From Auanema rhodensis (Eukaryota > Animalia > Nematoda): a stretch of 64,000 bases of DNA. Shown here piece after piece: positions 13,801-27,011 of the stretch. The stretch is from contig OZ059900.1 of assembly GCA_964057225.1 (NCBI GenBank), forward strand, positions 22,568,001-22,632,000, written 5' to 3'. The notes beneath the pieces were generated by a model that saw only the letters and a program-made list of their open reading frames with translations, was not told the DNA's origin and did no database searches. The translations under genes were made by a program, and so were the position numbers. Each line of letters opens with the position of its first letter. Position 1 is the stretch's first letter.

Positions 13801-16800
13801 GATTTTTGTTCATATGAGTCGTCAAATGAAACGAATTTCAGCGTGTTACATACTAAAATGAAGCATTTTACATGCTGAACACTAGAAAAATACAAAAACA
13901 CAGTATTTCCCATGAGAAATATTTTATTATGCTGGAAAACCAGTTTTTGGAAATTTCGCTGTAAACAAGGTTTTGACTTACGATTTCATGTGTTCAAACT
14001 CATGCAATGTCAATGAAACCTAGCTCAAAATTGTTCCTACAACGTCTAGTTCCACTTTCACGACAACAAAACAGGGGTTAGAAAATTAAGGAAATTAGCA
14101 TATTCTGAGGGCACGCCCCTTATGGCTAATATTGATTAAATCGATTTTTGTTCATATGAGTCGTCAAATGCAACGAATTTCAGCGTGTTACATACTAAAA
14201 TGAAGCATTTCACATGCTGAACACTAGAAAAATACAAAAACACAGTATTTCCCATGAGAAATATTTTATTATGCTGGAAAACCAGTTTTTGGAAATTTCG
14301 CTGTAAACAAGGTTTTGACTTACGATTTCATGTGTTCAAACTCATGCAATGTCAATGAAACCTAGCTCAAAATTGTTCCTACAACGTCTAGTTCCACTTT
14401 CACGACAACAAAACAGGGGTTAGAAAATTAAGGAAATTAGCATATTCTGAGGGCACGCCCCTTATGGCTAATATTGATTAAATCGATTTTTGTTCATATG
14501 AGTCGTCAAATGCAACGAATTTCAGCGTGTTACATACTAAAATGAAGCATTTCACATGCTGAACACTAGAAAAATACAAAAACACAGTATTTCCCATGAG
14601 AAATATTTTATTATGCTGGAAAACCAGTTTTTGGAAATTTCGCTGTAAACAAGGTTTTGACTTACGATTTCATGTGTTCAAACTCATGCAATGTCAATGA
14701 AACCTAGCTCAAAATTGTTATTACAACGTCTAGTTCCACTTTCACGACAAAAAAACAGGGGTTAGAAAATTAAGGAAATTAGCATATTCTGAGGGCACGC
14801 CTCTTATGGCTAATATTGATTAAATCGATTTTTGTTCATATGAGTCGTCAAATGCAACGAATTTCAGCGTGTTACATACTAAAATGAAACATTTTACATG
14901 CTGAACACTATAAAAATACAAAAACACAGTATTTCCCATGAGAAATATTTTATTATGCTGGAAAACCAGTTTTTGGAAATTTCGCTGTAAACAAGGTTTT
15001 GACTTACGATTTCATGTGTTCAAACTCATGCAATGTCAATGAAACCTAGCTCAAAATTGTTCCTACAACGTCTAGTTCCACTTTCACGACAAAAAAACAG
15101 GGGTTAGAAAATTAAGGAAATTAGCATATTCTGAGGGCACGCCCCTTATGGCTAATATTGATTAAATCGATTTTTGTTCATATGAGTCGTCAAATGAAAC
15201 GAATTTCAGCGTGTTACATACTAAAATGAAGCATTTTACATGCTGAACACTAGAAAAATACAAAAACACAGTATTTCCCATGAGAAATATTTTATTATGC
15301 TGGAAAACCAGTTTTTGGAAATTTCGCTGTAAACAAGGTTTTGACTTACGATTTCATGTGTTCAAACTCATGCAATGTCAATGAAACCTAGCTCAAAATT
15401 GTTATTACAACGTCTAGTTTCACTTTCACGACAAAAAAACAGGGGTTAGAAAATTAAGGAAATTAGCATATTCTGAGGGCACGCCTCTTATGGCTAATAT
15501 TGATTAAATCGATTTTTGTTCATATGAGTCGTCAAATGCAACGAATTTCAGCGTGTTACATACTAAAATGAAACATTTTACATGCTGAACACTATAAAAA
15601 TACAAAAACACAGTATTTCCCATGAGAAATATTTTATTATGCTGGAAAACCAGTTTTTGGAAATTTCGCTGTAAACAAGGTTTTGACTTACGATTTCATG
15701 TGTTCAAACTCATGCAATGTCAATGAAACCTAGCTCAAAATTGTTCCTACAACGTCTAGTTCCACTTTCACGACAAAAAAACAGGGGTTAGAAAATTAAG
15801 GAAATTAGCATATTCTGAGGGCACGCCCCTTATGGCTAATATTGATTAAATCGATTTTTGTTCATATGAGTCGTCAAATGAAACGAATTTCAGCGTGTTA
15901 CATACTAAAATGAAGCATTTTACATGCTGAACACTAGAAAAATACAAAAACACAGTATTTCCCATGAGAAATATTTTATTATGCTGGAAAACCAGTTTTT
16001 GGAAATTTCGCTGTAAACAAGGTTTTGACTTACGATTTCATGTGTTCAAACTCATGCAATGTCAATGAAACCTAGCTCAAAATTGTTCCTACAACGTCTA
16101 GTTCCACTTTCACGACAACAAAACAGGGGTTAGAAAATTAAGGAAATTAGCATATTCTGAGGGCACGCCCCTTATGGCTAATATTGATTAAATCGATTTT
16201 TGTTCATATGAGTCGTCAAATGCAACGAATTTCAGCGTGTTACATACTAAAATGAAGCATTTCACATGCTGAACACTAGAAAAATACAAAAACACAGTAT
16301 TTCCCATGAGAAATATTTTATTATGCTGGAAAACCAGTTTTTGGAAATTTCGCTGTAAACAAGGTTTTGACTTACGATTTCATGTGTTCAAACTCATGCA
16401 ATGTCAATGAAACCTAGCTCAAAATTGTTATTACAACGTCTAGTTCCACTTTCACGACAAAAAAACAGGGGTTAGAAAATTAAGGAAATTAGCATATTCT
16501 GAGGGCACGCCTCTTATGGCTAATATTGATTAAATCGATTTTTGTTCATATGAGTCGTCAAATGCAACGAATTTCAGCGTGTTACATACTAAAATGAAAC
16601 ATTTTACATGCTGAACACTATAAAAATACAAAAACACAGTATTTCCCATGAGAAATATTTTATTATGCTGGAAAACCAGTTTTTGGAAATTTCGCTGTAA
16701 ACAAGGTTTTGACTTACGATTTCATGTGTTCAAACTCATGCAATGTCAATGAAACCTAGCTCAAAATTGTTCCTACAACGTCTAGTTCCACTTTCACGAC

Positions 16801-18122
16801 AAAAAAACAGGGGTTAGAAAATTAAGGAAATTAGCATATTCTGAGGGCACGCCCCTTATGGCTAATATTGATTAAATCGATTTTTGTTCATATGAGTCGT
16901 CGAATGAAACGAATTTCAGCGTGTTACATACTAAAATGAAGCATTTTACATGCTGAACACTAGAAAAATACAAAAACACAGTATTTCCCATGAGAAATAT
17001 TTTATTATGCTGGAAAACCAGTTTTTGGAAATTTCGCTGTAAACAAGGTTTTGACTTACGATTTCATGTGTTCAAACTCATGCAATGTCAATGAAACCTA
17101 GCTCAAAATTGTTATTACAACGTCTAGTTTCACTTTCACGACAAAAAAACAGGGGTTAGAAAATTAAGGAAATTAGCATATTCTGAGGGCACGCCTCTTA
17201 TGGCTAATATTGATTAAATCGATTTTTGTTCATATGAGTCGTCAAATGCAACGAATTTCAGCGTGTTACATACTAAAATGAAACATTTTACATGCTGAAC
17301 ACTATAAAAATACAAAAACACAGTATTTCCCATGAGAAATATTTTATTATGCTGGAAAACCAGTTTTTGGAAATTTCGCTGTAAACAAGGTTTTGACTTA
17401 CGATTTCATGTGTTCAAACTCATGCAATGTCAATGAAACCTAGCTCAAAATTGTTCCTACAACGTCTAGTTCCACTTTCACGACAAAAAAACAGGGGTTA
17501 GAAAATTAAGGAAATTAGCATATTATGAGGGCACGCCCCTTATGGCTAATATTGATTAAATCGATTTTTGTTCATATGAGTCGTCAAATGAAACGAATTT
17601 CAGCGTGTTACATACTAAAATAAAGCATTTCACATGCTGAACACTAGAAAAATACAAAAACACAGTATTTCCCATGAGAAATATTTTATTATGCTGGAAA
17701 ACCAGTTTTTGGAAATTTCGCTGTAAACAAGGTTTTGACTTACGATTTCATGTGTTCAAACTCATGCAATGTCAATGAAACCTAGCTCAAAATTGTTCCT
17801 ACAACGTCTAGTTCCACTTTCACGACAACAAAACAGGGGTTAGAAAATTAAGGAAATTAGCATATTCTGAGGGCACGCCCCTTATGGCTAATATTGATTA
17901 AATCGATTTTTGTTCATATGAGTCGTCAAATGCAACGAATTTCAGCGTGTTACATACTAAAATGAAGCATTTCACATGCTGAACACTAGAAAAATACAAA
18001 AACACAGTATTTCCCATGAGAAATATTTTATTATGCTGGAAAACCAGTTTTTGGAAATTTCGCTGTAAACAAGGTTTTGACTTACGATTTCATGTGTTCA
18101 AACTCATGCAATGTCAATGAAA
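7863..18122 (+). repeat. Higher-order repeat domain with variable unit A-B-A'-B-(B)-C-(C): units of 6, 7, 7, 5 and 5 monomers
   Basis: Type A carries GTTATT, GCCTCT, AAACAT and TATA. A' is A plus AGTTTCAC. B carries TGAAACG. C carries ACAACAAAA and TTTCAC. Units start at 7863, 9915, 12309, 14703 and 16413. Confidence 0.9.
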
Positions 18123-21100
18123 CCTAGCTCAAAATTGTTATTACAACGTCTAGTTCCACTTTCACGACAAAAAAACAGGGGTTAGAAAATTAAGGAAATT
18201 AGCATATTCTGAGGGCACGCCTCTTATGGCTAATATTGATTAAATCGATTTTTGTTCATATGAGTCGTCAAATGCAACGAATTTCAGCGTGTTACATACT
18301 AAAATGAAGCATTTTACATGCTGAACACTATAAAAATACAAAAACACAGTATTTCCCATGAGAAATATTTTATTATGCTGGAAAACCAGTTTTTGGAAAT
18401 TTCGCTGTAAACAAGGTTTTGACTTACGATTTCATGTGTTCAAACTCATGCAATGTCAATGAAACCTAGCTCAAAATTGTTCCTACAACGTCTAGTTCCA
18501 CTTTCACGACAAAAAAACAGTGGTTAGAAAATTAGATAATTAGCATATTCTGAGGGCACGCCCCTTATGGCTAATATTGATTAAATCGATTTTTGTTCAT
18601 ATGAGTCGTCAAATGCAACGAATTTCAGCGTGTTACATACTAAAATGAAACATTTTACATGCTGAACACTATAAAAATACAAAAACACAGTATTTCACAT
18701 GAGAAATATTTTATTATGCTGGAAAACCAGTTTTTGGAAATTTCGCTGTAAACAAGGTTTTGACTTACGATTTCATGTGTTCAAACTCATGCAATGTCAA
18801 TGAAACCTAGCTCAAAATTGTTCGTACAACGTCTAGTTCCACTTTCACGACAAAAAAACAGGGGTTAGAAAATTAAGGAAATTAGCATATTCTGAGGGCA
18901 CGCCTCTTATGGCTAATATTGATTAAATCGATTTTTGTTCATATGAGTCGTCAAATGCAACGAATTTCAGCGTGTTACATACTAAAATGAAGCATTTTAC
19001 ATGCTGAACACTAGAAAAATACAAAAACACAGTATTTCCCATGAGAAATATTTTATTATGCTGGAAAACCAGTTTTTGGAAATTTCGCTGTAAACAAGGT
19101 TTTGACTTACGAATTCATGTGTTCAAACTCATGCAATGTCAATGAAACCTAGCTCAAAATTGTTATTACAACGTCTAGTTCCACTTTCACGACAAAAAAA
19201 CAGGGGTTAGAAAATTAAGGAAATTAGCATATTCTGAGGGCACGCCTCTTATGGCTAATATTGATTAAATCGATTTTTGTTCATATGAGTCGTCAAATGC
19301 AACGAATTTCAGCGTGTTACATACTAAAATGAAGCATTTTACATGCTGAACACTATAAAAATACAAAAACACAGTATTTCCCATGAGAAATATTTTATTA
19401 TGCTGGAAAACCAGTTTTTGGAAATTTCGCTGTAAACAAGGTTTTGACTTACGATTTCATGTGTTCAAACTCATGCAATGTCAATGAAACCTAGCTCAAA
19501 ATTGTTCCTACAACGTCTAGTTCCACTTTCACGACAAAAAAACAGTGGTTAGAAAATTAGATAATTAGCATATTCTGAGGGCACGCCCCTTATGGCTAAT
19601 ATTGATTAAATCGATTTTTGTTCATATGAGTCGTCAAATGCAACGAATTTCAGCGTGTTACATACTAAAATGAAACATTTTACATGCTGAACACTATAAA
19701 AATACAAAAACACAGTATTTCCCATGAGAAATATTTTATTATGCTGGAAAACCAGTTTTTGGAAATTTCGCTGTAAACAAGGTTTTGACTTACGATTTCA
19801 TGTGTTCAAACTCATGCAATGTCAATGAAACCTAGCTCAAAATTGTTCGTACAACGTCTAGTTCCACTTTCACGACAAAAAAACAGGGGTTAGAAAATTA
19901 AGGAAATTAGCATATTCTGAGGGCACGCCTCTTATGGCTAATATTGATTAAATCGATTTTTGTTCATATGAGTCGTCAAATGCAACGAATTTCAGCGTGT
20001 TACATACTAAAATGAAGCATTTCACATGCTGAACACTAGAAAAATACAAAAACACAGTATTTCCCATGAGAAATATTTTATTATGCTGGAAAACCAGTTT
20101 TTGGAAAGTTCGCTGTAAACAAGGTTTTGACTTACGATTTCATGTGTTCAAACTCATGCAATGTCAATGAAACCTAGCTCAAAATTGTTCCTACAACGTC
20201 TAGTTCCACTTTCACGACAAAAAAACAGGGGTTAGAAAATTAAGGAAATTAGCATATTCTGAGGGCACGCCCTTTATGGCTAATATTGATTAAATCGATT
20301 TTTGTTCATATGAGTCGTCAAATGCAACGAATTTCAGCGTGTTACATACTAAAATGAAACATTTTACATGCTGAACACTAGAAAAATACAAAAACACAGT
20401 ATTTCCCATGAGAAATATTTTATTATGCTGGAAAACCAGTTTTTGGAAATTTCGCTGTAAACAAGGTTTTGACTTACGATTTCATGTGCTCAAACTCATG
20501 CAATGTCAATGAAACCTAGCTCAAAATTGTTATTACAACGTCTAGTTCCACTTTCACGACAAAAAAACAGGGGTTAGAAAATTAAGGAAATTAGCATATT
20601 CTGAGGGCACGCCTCTTATGGCTAATATTGATTAAATCGATTTTTGTTCATATGAGTCGTCAAATGCAACGAATTTCAGCGTGTTACATACTAAAATGAA
20701 ACATTTTACATGCTGAACACTATAAAAATACAAAAACACAGTATTTCCCATGAGAAATATTTTATTATGCTGGAAAACCAGTTTTTGGAAATTTCGCTGT
20801 AAACAAGGTTTTGACTTACGATTTCATGTGTTCAAACTCATGCAATGTCAATGAAACCTAGCTCAAAATTGTTCCTACAACGTCTAGTTCCACTTTCACG
20901 ACAAAAAAACAGGGGTTAGAAAATTAAGGAAATTAGCATATTCTGAGGGCACGCCCCTTATGGCTAATATTGATTAAATCGATTTTTGTTCATATGAGTC
21001 GTCAAATGAAACGAATTTCAGCGTGTTACATACTAAAATGAAGCATTTCACATGCTGAACACTAGAAAAATACAAAAACACAGTATTTCCCTTGAGAAAT

Positions 21101-24100
21101 ATTTTATTATGCTGGAAAACCAGTTTTTGGAAATTTCGCTGTAAACAAGGTTTTGACTTACGATTTCATGTGTTCAAACTCATGCAATGTCAATGAAACC
21201 TAGCTCAAAATTGTTATTACAACGTCTAGTTTCACTTTCACGACAAAAAAACAGGGGTTAGAAAATTAAGGAAATTAGCATATTCTGAGGGCACGCCTCT
21301 TATGGCTAATATTGATTAAATCGATTTTTGTTCATATGAGTCGTCAAATGCAACGAATTTCAGCGTGTTACATACTAAAATGAAACATTTTACATGCTGA
21401 ACACTATAAAAATACAAAAACACAGTATTTCCCATGAGAAATATTTTATTATGCTGGAAAACCAGTTTTTGGAAATTTCGCTGTAAACAAGGTTTTGACT
21501 TACGATTTCATGTGTTCAAACTCATGCAATGTCAATGAAACCTAGCTCAAAATTGTTCCTACAACGTCTAGTTCCACTTTCACGACAAAAAAACAGGGGT
21601 TAGAAAATTAAGGAAATTAGCATATTCTGAGGGCACGCCCCTTATGGCTAATATTGATTAAATCGATTTTTGTTCATATGAGTCGTCAAATGAAACGAAT
21701 TTCAGCGTGTTACATACTAAAATGAAGCATTTCACATGCTGAACACTAGAAAAATACAAAAACACAGTATTTCCCATGAGAAATATTTTATTATGCTGGA
21801 AAACCAGTTTTTTGGAAATTTCGCTGTAAACAAGGTTTTGACTTACAATTTCATGTGTTCAAACTCATGCAATGTCAATGAAACCTAGCTCAAAATTGTT
21901 CCTACAACGTCTAGTTCCACTTTCACGACAACAAAACAGGGGTTAGAAAATTAAGGAAATTAGCATATTCTGAGGGCACGCCCCTTATGGCTAATATTGA
22001 TTAAATCGATTTTTGTTCATATGAGTCGTCAAATGCAACGAATTTCAGCGTGTTACATACTAAAATGAAGCATTTCACATGCTGAACACTAGAAAAATAC
22101 AAAAACACAGTATTTCCCATGAGAAATATTTTATTATGCTGGAAAACCAGTTTTTGGAAATTTCGCTGTAAACAAGGTTTTGACTTACGATTTCATGTGT
22201 TCAAACTCATGCAATGTCAATGAAACCTAGCTCAAAATTGTTATTACAACGTCTAGTTCCACTTTCACGACAAAAAAACAGGGGTTAGAAAATTAAGGAA
22301 ATTAGCATATTCTGAGGGCACGCCTCTTATGGCTAATATTGATTAAATCGATTTTTGTTCATATGAGTCGTCAAATGCAACGAATTTCAGCGTGTTACAT
22401 ACTAAAATGAAGCATTTTACATGCTGAACACTATAAAAATACAAAAACACAGTATTTCCCATGAGAAATATTTTATTATGCTGGAAAACCAGTTTTTGGA
22501 AATTTCGCTGTAAACAAGGTTTTGACTTACGATTTCATGTGTTCAAACTCATGCAATGTCAATGAAACCTAGCTCAAAATTGTTCCTACAACGTCTAGTT
22601 CCACTTTCACGACAAAAAAACAGTGGTTAGAAAATTAGATAATTAGCATATTCTGAGGGCACGCCCCTTATGGCTAATATTGATTAAATCGATTTTTGTT
22701 CATATGAGTCGTCAAATGCAACGAATTTCAGCGTGTTACATACTAAAATGAAACATTTTACATGCTGAACACTATAAAAATACAAAAACACAGTATTTCC
22801 CATGAGAAATATTTTATTATGCTGGAAAACCAGTTTTTGGAAATTTCGCTGTAAACAAGGTTTTGACTTACGATTTCATGTGTTCAAACTCATGCAATGT
22901 CAATGAAACCTAGCTCAAAATTGTTCCTACAACGTCTAGTTCCACTTTCACGACAAAAAAACAGGGGTTAGAAAATTAAGGAAATTAGCATATTCTGAGG
23001 GCACGCCCCTTATGGCTAATATTGATTAAATCGATTTTTGTTCATATGAGTCGTCAAATGCAACGAATTTCAGCGTGTTACATACTAAAATGAAGCATTT
23101 TACATGCTGAACACTAGAAAAATACAAAAACACAGTATTTCCCATGAGAAATATTTTATTATGCTGGAAAACCAGTTTTTGGAAATTTCGCTGTAAACAA
23201 GGTTTTGACTTACGATTTCATGTGTTCAAACTCATGCAATGTCAATGAAACCTAGCTCAAAATTGTTATTACAACGTCTAGTTCCACTTTCACGACAAAA
23301 AAACAGGGGTTAGAAAATTAAGGAAATTAGCATATTCTGAGGGCACGCCTCTTATGGCTAATATTGATTAAATCGATTTTTGTTCATATGAGTCGTCAAA
23401 TGCAACGAATTTCAGCGTGTTACATACTAAAATGAAGCATTTTACATGCTGAACACTATAAAAATACAAAAACACAGTATTTCCCATGAGAAATATTTTA
23501 TTATGCTGGAAAACCAGTTTTTGGAAATTTCGCTGTAAACAAGGTTTTGACTTACGATTTCATGTGTTCAAACTCATGCAATGTCAATGAAACCTAGCTC
23601 AAAATTGTTCCTACAACGTCTAGTTCCACTTTCACGACAAAAAAACAGTGGTTAGAAAATTAGATAATTAGCATATTCTGAGGGCACGCCCCTTATGGCT
23701 AATATTGATTAAATCGATTTTTGTTCATATGAGTCGTCAAATGCAACGAATTTCAGCGTGTTACATACTAAAATGAAACATTTTACATGCTGAACACTAT
23801 AAAAATACAAAAACACAGTATTTCCCATGAGAAATATTTTATTATGCTGGAAAACCAGTTTTTGGAAATTTCGCTGTAAACAAGGTTTTGACTTACGATT
23901 TCATGTGTTCAAACTCATGCAATGTCAATGAAACCTAGCTCAAAATTGTTCGTACAACGTCTAGTTCCACTTTCACGACAAAAAAACAGGGGTTAGAAAA
24001 TTAAGGAAATTAGCATATTCTGAGGGCACGCCTCTTATGGCTAATATTGATTAAATCGATTTTTGTTCATATGAGTCGTCAAATGCAACGAATTTCAGCG

Positions 24101-27011
24101 TGTTACATACTAAAATGAAGCATTTCACATGCTGAACACTAGAAAAATACAAAAACACAGTATTTCCCATGAGAAATATTTTATTATGCTGGAAAACCAG
24201 TTTTTGGAAAGTTCGCTGTAAACAAGGTTTTGACTTACGATTTCATGTGTTCAAACTCATGCAATGTCAATGAAACCTAGCTCAAAATTGTTCCTACAAC
24301 GTCTAGTTCCACTTTCACGACAAAAAAACAGGGGTTAGAAAATTAAGGAAATTAGCATATTCTGAGGGCACGCCCTTTATGGCTAATATTGATTAAATCG
24401 ATTTTTGTTCATATGAGTCGTCAAATGCAACGAATTTCAGCGTGTTACATACTAAAATGAAACATTTTACATGCTGAACACTAGAAAAATACAAAAACAC
24501 AGTATTTCCCATGAGAAATATTTTATTATGCTGGAAAACCAGTTTTTGGAAATTTCGCTGTAAACAAGGTTTTGACTTACGATTTCATGTGCTCAAACTC
24601 ATGCAATGTCAATGAAACCTAGCTCAAAATTGTTATTACAACGTCTAGTTCCACTTTCACGACAAAAAAACAGGGGTTAGAAAATTAAGGAAATTAGCAT
24701 ATTCTGAGGGCACGCCTCTTATGGCTAATATTGATTAAATCGATTTTTGTTCATATGAGTCGTCAAATGCAACGAATTTCAGCGTGTTACATACTAAAAT
24801 GAAACATTTTACATGCTGAACACTATAAAAATACAAAAACACAGTATTTCCCATGAGAAATATTTTATTATGCTGGAAAACCAGTTTTTGGAAATTTCGC
24901 TGTAAACAAGGTTTTGACTTACGATTTCATGTGTTCAAACTCATGCAATGTCAATGAAACCTAGCTCAAAATTGTTCCTACAACGTCTAGTTCCACTTTC
25001 ACGACAAAAAAACAGGGGTTAGAAAATTAAGGAAATTAGCATATTCTGAGGGCACGCCCCTTATGGCTAATATTGATTAAATCGATTTTTGTTCATATGA
25101 GTCGTCAAATGAAACGAATTTCAGCGTGTTACATACTAAAATGAAGCATTTCACATGCTGAACACTAGAAAAATACAAAAACACAGTATTTCCCTTGAGA
25201 AATATTTTATTATGCTGGAAAACCAGTTTTTGGAAATTTCGCTGTAAACAAGGTTTTGACTTACGATTTCATGTGTTCAAACTCATGCAATGTCAATGAA
25301 ACCTAGCTCAAAATTGTTATTACAACGTCTAGTTTCACTTTCACGACAAAAAAACAGGGGTTAGAAAATTAAGGAAATTAGCATATTCTGAGGGCACGCC
25401 TCTTATGGCTAATATTGATTAAATCGATTTTTGTTCATATGAGTCGTCAAATGCAACGAATTTCAGCGTGTTACATACTAAAATGAAACATTTTACATGC
25501 TGAACACTATAAAAATACAAAAACACAGTATTTCCCATGAGAAATATTTTATTATGCTGGAAAACCAGTTTTTGGAAATTTCGCTGTAAACAAGGTTTTG
25601 ACTTACGATTTCATGTGTTCAAACTCATGCAATGTCAATGAAACCTAGCTCAAAATTGTTCCTACAACGTCTAGTTCCACTTTCACGACAAAAAAACAGG
25701 GGTTAGAAAATTAAGGAAATTAGCATATTCTGAGGGCACGCCCCTTATGGCTAATATTGATTAAATCGATTTTTGTTCATATGAGTCGTCAAATGAAACG
25801 AATTTCAGCGTGTTACATACTAAAATGAAGCATTTCACATGCTGAACACTAGAAAAATACAAAAACACAGTATTTCCCATGAGAAATATTTTATTATGCT
25901 GGAAAACCAGTTTTTTGGAAATTTCGCTGTAAACAAGGTTTTGACTTACAATTTCATGTGTTCAAACTCATGCAATGTCAATGAAACCTAGCTCAAAATT
26001 GTTCCTACAACGTCTAGTTCCACTTTCACGACAACAAAACAGGGGTTAGAAAATTAAGGAAATTAGCATATTCTGAGGGCACGCCCCTTATGGCTAATAT
26101 TGATTAAATCGATTTTTGTTCATATGAGTCGTCAAATGCAACGAATTTCAGCGTGTTACATACTAAAATGAAGCATTTCACATGCTGAACACTAGAAAAA
26201 TACAAAAACACAGTATTTCCCATGAGAAATATTTTATTATGCTGGAAAACCAGTTTTTGGAAATTTCGCTGTAAACAAGGTTTTGACTTACGATTTCATG
26301 TGTTCAAACTCATGCAATGTCAATGAAACCTAGCTCAAAATTGTTATTACAACGTCTAGTTCCACTTTCACGACAAAAAAACAGGGGTTAGAAAATTAAG
26401 GAAATTAGCATATTCTGAGGGCACGCCTCTTATGGCTAATATTGATTAAATCGATTTTTGTTCATATGAGTCGTCAAATGCAACGAATTTCAGCGTGTTA
26501 CATACTAAAATGAAGCATTTTACATGCTGAACACTATAAAAATACAAAAACACAGTATTTCCCATGAGAAATATTTTATTATGCTGGAAAACCAGTTTTT
26601 GGAAATTTCGCTGTAAACAAGGTTTTGACTTACGATTTCATGTGTTCAAACTCATGCAATGTCAATGAAACCTAGCTCAAAATTGTTCCTACAACGTCTA
26701 GTTCCACTTTCACGACAAAAAAACAGTGGTTAGAAAATTAGATAATTAGCATATTCTGAGGGCACGCCCCTTATGGCTAATATTGATTAAATCGATTTTT
26801 GTTCATATGAGTCGTCAAATGCAACGAATTTCAGCGTGTTACATACTAAAATGAAACATTTTACATGCTGAACACTATAAAAATACAAAAACACAGTATT
26901 TCCCATGAGAAATATTTTATTATGCTGGAAAACCAGTTTTTGGAAATTTCGCTGTAAACAAGGTTTTGACTTACGATTTCATGTGTTCAAACTCATGCAA
27001 TGTCAATGAAA
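18123..27011 (+). repeat. 12-mer higher-order repeat, period 4103 bp (two copies plus two monomers)
   Basis: Rare variants recur 4103 bp apart. GTGCTCAAA is in monomers 20173 and 24276, CCCTTGAG in 20857 and 24960, the T6 insertion with TTACAAT in 21541 and 25644, and AAAGTTC in 19831 and 23934. CAGTGG/TTAGATAAT monomers lie at 18465, 19490, 22568, 23593 and 26671. Confidence 0.9.

Noticed and set aside
19111-19116. Isolated EcoRI site (GAATTC) in one monomer
   Set aside because: It is a single private substitution, useful only as a marker and possibly a sequencing error.
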